A program made the translations under genes and the position numbers. From assembly GCA_965203355.1 (NCBI GenBank), contig OZ241889.1, positions 832,001-896,000 on the forward strand: DNA of 64,000 bases, given 5' to 3'. Shown piece after piece: positions 22,225 to 30,971 of the stretch. This DNA is from Candidatus Latescibacterota bacterium. Lineage in GTDB: Bacteria; Latescibacterota; UBA2968; UBA8231. The notes beneath the pieces are model-generated. The model worked only from the letters and a program-made list of their open reading frames with translations. It searched no databases and was not told the origin of the DNA. The first letter of the stretch is position 1; every line of letters begins with the position of its first letter.

Positions 22225-22478
22225 CGAAGTTCTCCTTGTGGTTAGCTAATCTGCTCGTGGTCGAAGTGCTTGCGCCGATTGGGTGTTTGGCGTCTTGAAA
22301 AGTATGGCTTTGATGCGATTTCCGATTCCTCGACTCCGCCTAGTGCGCCAGTTTGCTGCGGCGAAAATTGCGGCAGCAAATATAGAGCGGGCGAACAAAT
22401 TGCCGCAAGCTTCCGCCGGGCTTGGCCGCTGCTAGCCGTGCCCCTATGTTCTGAGCCAAATAAAAGCAGGAGGCTGTC

Positions 22479-23306
22479 ATGTCCCATCCGATTTTCGATC
22501 TGTCCAACCGCGTCGCCTTGGTCTCTGGTGCGGCTAGCGGCCTCGGCAAAGCCATGGCCACCGGCTTTGCCGAAGCCGGAGCTGACCTCGTTTTGGCCGA
22601 CATCAACGCCGACGGTTTGGCCACGGTGGCCCGCGAAATGGAAGCCTTGAATCGCCGCGTCCTGCCGGTGACGTGCGACATGTCGCAACCCGATCAGATT
22701 CGCACCATGTTTGCATTAATCGATACAGAATACGGACGCATCGACATCGTCGGCAATGTCGCCGGCAATGCGCGGCGCAACACCCCGCTCGACCTGACGC
22801 CCGAGGAGGTCGAGTTTACCCTGCAAAATCTCGTCGTCGGTCGCTTGGTCTGTTGCCAAGAAGCAGGTCGGCGCATGATGGCTTCGGGCCATGGCGGCAG
22901 CATCATCAACCTCGTGTCGATCGCCGGCATCAACGCGCTCGGTCGCAGTCACCTCTCGTACAGCATGGGCATGGGTGCGGCCGCGCAGATGACCCGCGAG
23001 CTGAGCACGGAGTGGGCCGCCAAGGGCGTGCGCGTCAACGCCATTGTCTGCGCTCAGCTAATGAACGCCGACCTAAAGGAACGCATCGCCGCGGATCCCG
23101 CACTGGGCGAAACCTATTTGCGCGGCCTCCCTATGGGCCGCCTCGGCGATTCCAACGACATCAAGGGCGCGGCGATTTTCCTCGCCTCGGACGCTTCGGC
23201 TTGGATCACCGGTGCCATGCTGCCGCTAGATGGCGGCAACCTCGCCAAGAACGCCGGCGGCTCGCATCCGGGCATGCCCAATGCGCCCACCGAACAGATC
23301 GTCTAG
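22479..23306 (+). CDS. Short-chain dehydrogenase/reductase (atypical YxxxM)
   Basis: SGAASGLG, NVAG, VRVNAI, ITG...LDGG; catalytic motif reads YSMGM. Confidence 0.9.
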   Translation: MSHPIFDLSNRVALVSGAASGLGKAMATGFAEAGADLVLADINADGLATVAREMEALNRRVLPVTCDMSQPDQIRTMFALIDTEYGRIDIVGNVAGNARRNTPLDLTPEEVEFTLQNLVVGRLVCCQEAGRRMMASGHGGSIINLVSIAGINALGRSHLSYSMGMGAAAQMTRELSTEWAAKGVRVNAIVCAQLMNADLKERIAADPALGETYLRGLPMGRLGDSNDIKGAAIFLASDASAWITGAMLPLDGGNLAKNAGGSHPGMPNAPTEQIV

Positions 23307-23311
23307 GCCGT

Positions 23312-23380
23312 TTACGCTCCCAACACTTCCCAGGCCACTCTGAGGATGTTGCCGCCGAGGATTTTGCGGATGTTTTGGGA
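23312..23380 (-). pseudogene. C-terminal stub resembling membrane dipeptidase (M19)/amidohydrolase
   Basis: IRKILGGNILRV..EV followed by stop; nothing recognisable upstream in frame. Confidence 0.5.
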
Positions 23381-23624
23381 GCATTTCATTTTGCTTTTTA
23401 TTAGAGCGGAAGGATAAGACATGACAGAAAAACGATACGAAGCCGATTTTCCGTGTGCCGAGGACATCCTCGACCAAACCGCAAAGTGGTACGGCGCGGC
23501 CTTTGCTACTACTTCCACCAGCCGGTTGAAAACGCTGGATAGCGATTGTTGCGACTAATCGAGAATACGCCGCGCAAATTGAACAGGTAGAGGCCCTCGT
23601 TCACAACACATGAGGAGGAGAAAA

Positions 23625-25523
23625 ATGGTAAGAGTCGAAGGGAACATACCGTTTGTCGAGCCGCCCCAATGGGCCGTTCTCGAACGCAGCTTAATCGACC
23701 TGATGGACGCCTCCGTCCATCCGCTCATGGAGCGCTACGTGCGCCCGGATGGCTCGGTGCTGTGGCCAACCACAGACGATTTCAGCAGCATTGACGGCCT
23801 TGATGACGCGTACGAGAGCTTCCACAACTGGCCGCTCTTTTACTTGATGGGTGGCGGCGCGCACGTGCTCGAATATTCCCACCGCACTTGGGAGGGCATC
23901 ACCCGACAATTCGCTCGGTACGACACCGGCCACGGCCACCCCATGGTCGTCAAAGAATACGAGCAAGGCTACGACTGGATGCACCAAGGCGAGGGGTACT
24001 TGTTTTTTTATCTGCTATGTCTCGCCGACCCAACGCACCAAAAGAACGTCGAGCGCGCCAAGCGCTATGCGGGATTTTATCTCAACGAAGACCCCCAAGC
24101 CCCTAATTACGACGCCGAGAAAAAGCTCATCCGCTGCGCCCACAACGGCAGTATGGGACCAGCGCACCGCAATTTTGCCAAACACTACACGGTCTATCGC
24201 TACGCTCAGTGGAAACCTTGGCCCTTGCCCTTTCACGACATTCCCGGCATTGAGACGGTCGAGGATTTGCAAAAGCCGGGCATGGAAGAGAAGATGGGCC
24301 AAACCCTCGTCGAGCGCATGAGTCGCGGCGACGTGGCCTGTAACCTCGCCGCGACTAGCATGGTGACCAACGCCTATCTGTGCAGCGGCGACGATAAGTA
24401 CCGAGCTTGGGTTGAGGAATACACCAACGCGTGGATCGAGCGCACCCGGCAAAACAACGGCATCCTGCCCGACAACGTCGGCCTTTCGGGGCAGATCGGC
24501 GAATATATGAACGGCAAGTGGTACGGCGGCTACTACGGCTGGACGTGGCCACACGGCTGGCACCATTTGAGCGACGCCTGCATTGCGGCCGCGGAAAACG
24601 CGGCTTTGCTCTCTGGCGACTTGCGCTACCTGGACTTTCCGCGCTCGCAGATCGACGTGCTGATGCAGCAGGGGGAAAGGCGGGGGCAGACGCTGTTTGC
24701 GCCGCACTTCTACCACGACAAAGGCTGGGACGGGTACAGCCCCATGCAAGCTCATCCCACGACGCATCTCTGGTGCATGAGCATGCAGCAAGAGGACCTG
24801 GCGCGGCTCAAACAGCAGCGCAACCACGACAGCGATAACTGGCGGCAGGTAAGCTCGCACTTTTCCAAGCACGGCGGTGGCCACGAGGCCGCTTGGACCG
24901 CGTATCTCGAAGGCGAATACCCAGAGTACCCGGTGGACATCCTGCGGCACAATCACGCGCAAGTACATCAGCGCTTGGCCTTCATGCGCGACGACCAGCA
25001 AGACCCCGCTACGTATGGCGACTGGTACCTGCAAGTGCGCAATCCCATCACGGTCGAGGGTTTGGTGCAACTGACGATGGGTGCGCCGCTCTTCATGTAC
25101 AACGGCGGCCTGCTCATGGCCCGCCTGCGCTATTTCGATCCGCAACGCCGCCGGCCAGGCTTGCCGCTAGACGTGGCCGCCTTGGTGGAATCGCTGGCAG
25201 ACGAGCGAGCCGTTCTGCACTTGGTCAATCTGCATCCGACGGAAGAGCGGGAGGTTTTGCTCCAGGCCGGTGCTTTTGGCGAGCACAACTTCACCCGCGT
25301 GGCCTATCAGCAGCGTCGGCCCATCTCGGCTGAAGAAGCCGGTGCTGGGCACACGCACGCCGATCACTATCAGCAGATCGTGCAGGAGCAGTTAGAGGAC
25401 AAAACGGCCACCGTGCAGGGCGGCCATTTCACTGTCTGCCTTCAGCCTGGGTCGGCGATTCGGCTCGACTTGGGGATGGAGCGTTTCGTCAATAAGCCCT
25501 CGTACGGCCTGCCGTGGAATTGA
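23625..25523 (+). CDS. Hypothetical protein, 632 aa, aromatic-rich, probable alpha/alpha-toroid enzyme
   Basis: GAGGAGGAG RBS; DGLDDAYESFHNWP, DWMHQGEG, PDNVG, WYGGYYGW.WPHG; host-like codon usage. Confidence 0.85.
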   Translation: MVRVEGNIPFVEPPQWAVLERSLIDLMDASVHPLMERYVRPDGSVLWPTTDDFSSIDGLDDAYESFHNWPLFYLMGGGAHVLEYSHRTWEGITRQFARYDTGHGHPMVVKEYEQGYDWMHQGEGYLFFYLLCLADPTHQKNVERAKRYAGFYLNEDPQAPNYDAEKKLIRCAHNGSMGPAHRNFAKHYTVYRYAQWKPWPLPFHDIPGIETVEDLQKPGMEEKMGQTLVERMSRGDVACNLAATSMVTNAYLCSGDDKYRAWVEEYTNAWIERTRQNNGILPDNVGLSGQIGEYMNGKWYGGYYGWTWPHGWHHLSDACIAAAENAALLSGDLRYLDFPRSQIDVLMQQGERRGQTLFAPHFYHDKGWDGYSPMQAHPTTHLWCMSMQQEDLARLKQQRNHDSDNWRQVSSHFSKHGGGHEAAWTAYLEGEYPEYPVDILRHNHAQVHQRLAFMRDDQQDPATYGDWYLQVRNPITVEGLVQLTMGAPLFMYNGGLLMARLRYFDPQRRRPGLPLDVAALVESLADERAVLHLVNLHPTEEREVLLQAGAFGEHNFTRVAYQQRRPISAEEAGAGHTHADHYQQIVQEQLEDKTATVQGGHFTVCLQPGSAIRLDLGMERFVNKPSYGLPWN

Positions 25524-25576
25524 GAATGGACACAGATATGGGATGATTTGCTTGCGCCCGCACCAAAGATGCGATG

Positions 25577-25632
25577 TTTTTACGGTTGTTCCGTACATTT
25601 TCGTTGTTTTTTTACGGTTGTTCCGTACATTT
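25577..25632. promoter_or_regulatory. Two identical 24-bp direct repeats (32-bp period), each with the dyad TACGG-N5-CCGTA; putative operators
   Basis: TTTTTACGGTTGTTCCGTACATTT at 25577-25600 and 25609-25632, directly before the ATPase start. Confidence 0.6.
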
Positions 25633-25637
25633 GCAAT

Positions 25638-26819
25638 ATGCAAAATTCCTCAAGGCAGCGTCTGCTTGAATTGCCCGAGTGCTCCTTTTTTCTTTTTGGT
25701 CCGCGCGGGGTGGGCAAAAGCACTTGGCTGCGCCAAGTCTTGCCCAAGGCCGCCTTCTTTGATTTGCTCGATGCGGCTCTTTATCTACAGTTATCAAGTA
25801 ACCCCCATGACCTAGAGGCACTAGTCGGCGATAGGGTGGCGGATTCGTGGGTCGTACTCGACGAAATCCAGAAAGTACCCGCCCTCTTAGACGAGGTGCA
25901 TCGCCTGCTAGAAACGCGGCGTTGGCGTTTTGCCCTGTGTGGTTCATCGGCACGCACATTGCGGCGCGGCGGCGTCAACCTCCTTGGTGGACGTGCGTTG
26001 ACTCGCTTTATGGCTCCGTTTTCCCGGCCGGAGTTGGGCGCCGATTTTGACGCTGAGTTCTCCCTGCAATGGGGCCTTTTGCCTCTCGTGCAAGCGGACC
26101 GACGGTACACCGCCGACCTGCTACAGGCTTACGTTCACACGTATATAAAGGAAGAAATCAGCGAGGAGGGTTTGGTGCGCCGGCTACCCCCTTTTCTCCG
26201 CTTTCTAGAAGTCGCTGGTCTACTTAACGCCCAAGTCGTCAACGGCCTAAACATCGCCCGCGATGCCGCCATTCCGCGCAGCAGTGTTGATGGATATTTC
26301 GCTGTCCTCCAAGATACCTTGCTCGGCCACTTCTTGCCGGCCTACCGCCCTCAGCTCAAAGTGCGGGAAAAGGCTCGGCCTAAATTCTACTGGTTCGACG
26401 CTGGGGTGGCCCGGGCCGCCGCTGGCCTCGCCTATGACCCGCCGGATCGCCTGTGGCTGGGCGCGGCCCTAGAGACTTTGGTCTATCACGAATTGCGCGT
26501 CTATAATCACGTGTACAACAAGCACCGTCCCATCGCCTTTTACCGCACTCCCGCTGGCGCGGAAATCGACTTTGTCATCGAAACGCGCAAACGCACGGTT
26601 TCTTCGCGGCCGCACGTCGTCTGTTTGGAAATCAAGTTGGCGGAAAAGTGGAACCGGAGCTGGGAGCGGTCCATGCGCTCCTTGTACGAGACAGAGGGCA
26701 TTGAGGTGGAGCGCATGATCGGCGTCTATGTTGGCGAGCGAGTCTATCGCTACGACGGCCTAGACGTGTGGCCGCTGGAGGAGTTTTTGCGCCGACTGTA
26801 CGAGGGTGAGGTCTTTTAG
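25638..26819 (+). CDS. AAA_14 ATPase with DUF4143 / C-terminal PD-(D/E)XK-like domain
   Basis: GPRGVGKST, LDEIQK, LCGSS, KFYWFDAGV, EIDFVI...LEIK. Confidence 0.9.
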   Translation: MQNSSRQRLLELPECSFFLFGPRGVGKSTWLRQVLPKAAFFDLLDAALYLQLSSNPHDLEALVGDRVADSWVVLDEIQKVPALLDEVHRLLETRRWRFALCGSSARTLRRGGVNLLGGRALTRFMAPFSRPELGADFDAEFSLQWGLLPLVQADRRYTADLLQAYVHTYIKEEISEEGLVRRLPPFLRFLEVAGLLNAQVVNGLNIARDAAIPRSSVDGYFAVLQDTLLGHFLPAYRPQLKVREKARPKFYWFDAGVARAAAGLAYDPPDRLWLGAALETLVYHELRVYNHVYNKHRPIAFYRTPAGAEIDFVIETRKRTVSSRPHVVCLEIKLAEKWNRSWERSMRSLYETEGIEVERMIGVYVGERVYRYDGLDVWPLEEFLRRLYEGEVF

Positions 26820-26858
26820 TATCCCAACTGCGTCAGCAAGAAAGCGCCCGCGCTCGCC

Positions 26859-27872
26859 TCAAGCCGCGACGGGCGTGGGCAGTTTTGGTACGTATTCGTA
26901 GTCTGGCTCGGCCTTTTGCCGCTTGAGGATGGTGGCGATCTCCGTCCACGCCTCGTACAGCCCCTGCGGACAGTGCGGCAAGTCGCTTTTGATTGCCGCG
27001 TGTAGTTTGCCGAGCCGGTAGCACGGTACGCCGGCGTACATGTGGTGTTCAATGTGGTAGTTCATGTGCCAGTAGAGGAAGCGGAAAAACGGATTCAAGA
27101 TGACCGTGCGGGTGCAGAGCCGAAAATCCGGCACGTCGTCCTGTAAGCCGATGTGCTGGGTGTTGTTGCACAAAAACAGCAACCAGCCACCGTAGAACGG
27201 AGCCAGCGTAACGAGCACTGGCACCAACCACAGGCCGAAGTACAAGGATACTATCGCGATTAGGCCGTGCCCCACCAGCAAGAAGCGGTCCCAGCGGATG
27301 AGCCGGCGCCGCTTGTCTGGTTCTGACTCGGGGAAGAGTGCCAACTCCCATTCGCCCTCTAATGTACCGCGGGCGCGCCGCCAAGTCGTCTTGTAGCGGC
27401 CGTAAAAGCCCCACGGATTTACAATGGCACTCTTGAGAAAATCCACCAATCGCAAGCGGGTCGGCAGCACCACTTCGAGATCGTCGGGTGGATGCAGAGT
27501 GTATTTGTGGTGCTCGGTGTGACTGGTCCAGAAGTGGATGTGGTTGTACCCGCCGAGAAAGCTGAATACGCGCAGGAAGAAGTAGTTGAGGAACTTGCTT
27601 TTGAAAACCGTGGAGTGACACAATTCGTGAAAGCCGTTGAGCAAAAAGGCGTAGAACGTCCCGTGGAAGAAGAGGATCAGCAGCAACCACGGCAGGGCCA
27701 AGTGCTCGGCCGCGTACCAAGCGGCCGCGCCCGTCGCCGCCAGCAACCCCAGATGCCCCAGCGTTTGCAGTAGCCCCCAAAAGTTGCTGCGCTGATTGAG
27801 CGCGGCGAGCGTCTCGCGCGGCAGGGGACACCGATACCAGTTTATCTTGCGCTGGTTTTTTGTCATTTCCAT
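26859..27872 (-). CDS. Fatty acid desaturase family di-iron membrane protein
   Basis: His boxes HELCH, HTEHH, HIEHH; TM segments. Confidence 0.92.
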   Translation of the reverse strand: MEMTKNQRKINWYRCPLPRETLAALNQRSNFWGLLQTLGHLGLLAATGAAAWYAAEHLALPWLLLILFFHGTFYAFLLNGFHELCHSTVFKSKFLNYFFLRVFSFLGGYNHIHFWTSHTEHHKYTLHPPDDLEVVLPTRLRLVDFLKSAIVNPWGFYGRYKTTWRRARGTLEGEWELALFPESEPDKRRRLIRWDRFLLVGHGLIAIVSLYFGLWLVPVLVTLAPFYGGWLLFLCNNTQHIGLQDDVPDFRLCTRTVILNPFFRFLYWHMNYHIEHHMYAGVPCYRLGKLHAAIKSDLPHCPQGLYEAWTEIATILKRQKAEPDYEYVPKLPTPVAA

Positions 27873-27959
27873 TGGCGTATTCTCCTCTAAAAAAGCGAAC
27901 CTTACGGTCGCAATTTTGCGCTAGGCGGGCAAGCTGTATTTGCGACTTACAGGTGCCCT

Positions 27960-28820
27960 TTAGTTCCCCCAGCGATCTGGATTGATGCCCGGTGCGTCGC
28001 GCTGCATACCTTCGGGTTTGTGGACTTGTTTCCACGCCTTGCCGGTGGTGTTGCGGCTTTGGAGAAAAGGTTTGGCCGCGGCCGGCGCGTTTGCCACCCA
28101 TTCCGCGTCCCACTCGTCCATTGGCTGAACGGGCCCGGCCCAAGCCGGCCGGTAGCCAAACTGGATCAGTTCCCGAGGGGCTGAGTCCTTGTTGGGATGG
28201 GTGCCGTGGAAGAGGAGGGCCGGTATCATTACTACCGAACCGGCCTTGGCGCAGAGCGTGATTTCCTGCGGGTGCGAGACATAGCGCACGTACGGATTGG
28301 CTTGGGCGTGGAACGAGAGATGAGAACGCGGGATGAGCCGGAAGGGGGCGCGCTCGGGCGGCAGGTCGTCGAGGTAGTAGAGCACTCGCAAAAGGCGTGG
28401 CGACGAGCCTTCGTAGCCAAAGATCGACGAGCCAAATGGTTGGCCGTCCGTGTGCATTGAAATGCCCGGCGAGCCAGACAGCGTACGCGTAAAAAGCCCG
28501 TGCGTAAACACGATGTCTGGCCCCATCAGCGCTTTGAGGAATTCCGCAATCGGCGGATAGCCGATCAATTCGGCCACTAACCGGCTCGTGCATTGAGGCT
28601 CATGGTGGACGGTTTGGGCTTTGCTGTAGTCCTTGTGCGTCATTGGCAGGTTCTTCAACTCGGCCTTCAGCGCGGCCAGGTGCTCGGCGTTGAGCACCTC
28701 CGGCATGAGCACATAGCCTTCCACTTCGAGATGGCGGATCTGCTGGCTCAGGGAGAACGCGGCAAAATCCGTCTCATCAACCGTCATAAAGCCGATTTCT
28801 TCTTTGGGGTCGGTTTCCAC
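27960..28820 (-). CDS. Phytanoyl-CoA dioxygenase (PhyH) family Fe(II)/2OG enzyme
   Basis: EGYV, HTD, YYLDD, PRSH, HG...N...R; AGGAGG RBS before GTG. Confidence 0.9.
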   Translation of the reverse strand: METDPKEEIGFMTVDETDFAAFSLSQQIRHLEVEGYVLMPEVLNAEHLAALKAELKNLPMTHKDYSKAQTVHHEPQCTSRLVAELIGYPPIAEFLKALMGPDIVFTHGLFTRTLSGSPGISMHTDGQPFGSSIFGYEGSSPRLLRVLYYLDDLPPERAPFRLIPRSHLSFHAQANPYVRYVSHPQEITLCAKAGSVVMIPALLFHGTHPNKDSAPRELIQFGYRPAWAGPVQPMDEWDAEWVANAPAAAKPFLQSRNTTGKAWKQVHKPEGMQRDAPGINPDRWGN

Positions 28821-28829
28821 GATGTCCTC

Positions 28830-29492
28830 CTAGGCGCGGGATGCTCGCCACTTGGCGAGGGAAAAGTCGTCTGAATCGTACAGGGCAAAAACTTTCGCTT
28901 CCTGGTCCCGAACTTCGGCGGCCAATTCCAACACTTCCTCGGCATGCTCCAGCGGGATGCGCACACAACCGTCGCTGTCGCCGAAGATCAGGTCTCCCGG
29001 TCGAATCCGCACGGAGCCTACGGTAATCGGCGCGTTGACTCGCGTCGCGTTGAATACGCCGTGCCCTGGCACCGTCCCCCAAGCGAAGATCGGCAGCCCG
29101 ACCCGACGGATTCCCGCCAAGTCGCGCACCGTGCCATCGACAATGGCTCCCACGGCACCTAGCCGCTGGTGTAGCCGCGCCATGCCATCGCCAAAACTGG
29201 CCCCGCGCCCGGGACGCGAATCCACGTCCTTCATCACCGCGAATACAGGTCCCGCCATAGCGTCGATTGCTTCGTAGTACCCTTCCCAAGGGACTGCCGC
29301 CGAGTCCGGGTCGTTGGTCGTTACTTCCGCGGTCACTGCATAGCCGATGACCGGCCCCAATTCCGGCAGCAGATAGCGAATCCGATGGTCGGTGTACTCT
29401 TCGTTGGGCAGGCCGCACTTTAACACGATGGCATTGAAAATCGTCGGCGAGTCGAATCCCTTAAAAGCGTCTAGTATTGCGGGTTTGACCAT
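28830..29492 (-). CDS. RraA-family protein (HMG aldolase-like)
   Basis: GYAVT, FGDGMA, VDGTVRD, PGDLIFGDSDG; AAGGAG RBS before MVKP. Confidence 0.9.
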   Translation of the reverse strand: MVKPAILDAFKGFDSPTIFNAIVLKCGLPNEEYTDHRIRYLLPELGPVIGYAVTAEVTTNDPDSAAVPWEGYYEAIDAMAGPVFAVMKDVDSRPGRGASFGDGMARLHQRLGAVGAIVDGTVRDLAGIRRVGLPIFAWGTVPGHGVFNATRVNAPITVGSVRIRPGDLIFGDSDGCVRIPLEHAEEVLELAAEVRDQEAKVFALYDSDDFSLAKWRASRA

Positions 29493-29715
29493 AGAAAACT
29501 TGCTCCTTTTTGCAGTGGCGCGATTAACCGCCGATGCCGAACAGAAATGTCGTCTTTGGCCTCGGCGGGCTCCACCAGAGGGAATAGAGCGCATTCGCAG
29601 GGCGGCTGTCAAACCGCTTGGATCGGCAGCGGCGCGTTGGCTCTGGATTGACGCCCGCGCAAGACCTATACTTTGCGCTGTTCCCTGACGCCCGCTTAGC
29701 AAACCGGAGGATTGC

Positions 29716-29805
29716 ATGACTGCATCATTCGTATCAAAAGTTTCCAACTTATCCAACCTTGCCTTGGAACAGGGAGCGGCTTGGACCGCTAACCCGCTGA
29801 ACTGA
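29716..29805 (+). pseudogene. 29-codon stub homologous to the N-terminus of the downstream GH32 gene; its stop overlaps the next start (TGATG)
   Basis: MTASFVSKVSNLSNLALEQGAAWTANPLN vs GH32 MAPPDYTSKVPYHTFPDTLAEQEEELAANPLM; RBS CCGGAGGATTGCATG vs CCGGAGGATTCCATG. Confidence 0.75.
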
Positions 29806-30971
29806 TGAAGTCCCCTCCTATTCCTTCTCCCGATTCATATTGGGAGGCATCAGATCATCATTGGACTGAAGTCGAGGACGAAAAAGTCTTCGATCCGTGG
29901 GAGACCGAAGGCACGACGGGAGCAGACGAGAATACAGTAGCCAATAAAAAAGAAAAGGCATGGAGGGTAGATACGAAGGACGGCGTTCGTGATTCTGTAC
30001 CTGAAGAAGTGAGTCCGTCAAAACCTGATGAGCCACAAGATATACCCGCCAGCGAAGACAAATTCGGACCAGCGAGGATATCCACGGTAGATGAAGTCGT
30101 TCCGATGGAGTCTGAAAACAAGGAAGCTAGGAATGCCCTTGAGAAGGCGACAGATGACATGGTCTGCGCCGATGTCGAGCCAATGGAGTTGGAGGATGAT
30201 GGTAGTTGGCTGGACGACGATCTGCTCTATGAGACAGAGGACGATGGATCTGAAGACAGTGATTCTGACGATTCGATAAACGAAGATTCAGATATCTTCT
30301 TCGACGACATTCCCGAATTTGATGAGAATGCTCGGCAAGTACCATGGGAGATTAAACCTGAAGAAGAGGGCACCCGGCGCGCCCGCGATAAGGCAGCGGA
30401 CATAGCGAGCTTACTCTATTTGACGAGCCGCGATGATCAAGAGAGCACTCTGACCTACTTGATAGATTTGTTTGAGCATCCAGATCATTCTCATTCAAGT
30501 ACCTTTTACGCGATAAAAAGAATAGCATCGCAAGGACTGGATCTTGAAACCCTAAAGGCGATGGTAGAGTTGCGAAGTATTTGGAGACAGCGAACGGACT
30601 GGTGGAAAGGACGTTATAGTTATAGATACAGAGTCAGAAGGCTTGCCAACGGCGCGACGGCTTTTACGTGGGTAGCAGCGCATCGCGTGTGTCTGGAGCG
30701 AAAGGATTACCCCCCAGAAATGATGATCGATGACGATTGGGTCGACGAGTGGCTTATGTTGCCACCTTGGTCCTCCAGTGACTACTACATGAATTTCTCC
30801 TCCTATATAGCAGTGAAAGTCCAAAATCTCGATGCCGAACTTTTGGATTACGGCTTGAGTCAGCCGCAGCAATGTGAGAAAGGTATCGATGTATTTGAAC
30901 GTACTACTGCGACTGCGGCCCACTCGGTTCCAGAGATAGACTTATGGCGAGGGAAAGGAAAACGGCAATGA
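29805..30971 (+). CDS. Hypothetical protein: very acidic low-complexity N-half, Trp-rich helical C-half
   Basis: 388-aa ORF, visibly lower GC than flanks; stop overlaps the helicase ATG. Confidence 0.85.
   Translation: MKSPPIPSPDSYWEASDHHWTEVEDEKVFDPWETEGTTGADENTVANKKEKAWRVDTKDGVRDSVPEEVSPSKPDEPQDIPASEDKFGPARISTVDEVVPMESENKEARNALEKATDDMVCADVEPMELEDDGSWLDDDLLYETEDDGSEDSDSDDSINEDSDIFFDDIPEFDENARQVPWEIKPEEEGTRRARDKAADIASLLYLTSRDDQESTLTYLIDLFEHPDHSHSSTFYAIKRIASQGLDLETLKAMVELRSIWRQRTDWWKGRYSYRYRVRRLANGATAFTWVAAHRVCLERKDYPPEMMIDDDWVDEWLMLPPWSSSDYYMNFSSYIAVKVQNLDAELLDYGLSQPQQCEKGIDVFERTTATAAHSVPEIDLWRGKGKRQ

Noticed and set aside
22349-22381. Hairpin TTTGCTGC...GCAGCAAA between divergent genes
   Set aside because: Could be an operator or terminator remnant, but it is single-copy and cannot be assigned.
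27049-28593. 514-aa minus-strand ORF overlapping PhyH and the desaturase
   Set aside because: Alternative-frame, Arg/Ala/Pro-rich translation overlapping two genes with clear motifs.
29648-29672. TTGACG...TATACT sigma-70 promoter before the GH32-like stub
   Set aside because: The spacer is only 13 nt; a promoter is likely nearby but this pairing cannot be supported.
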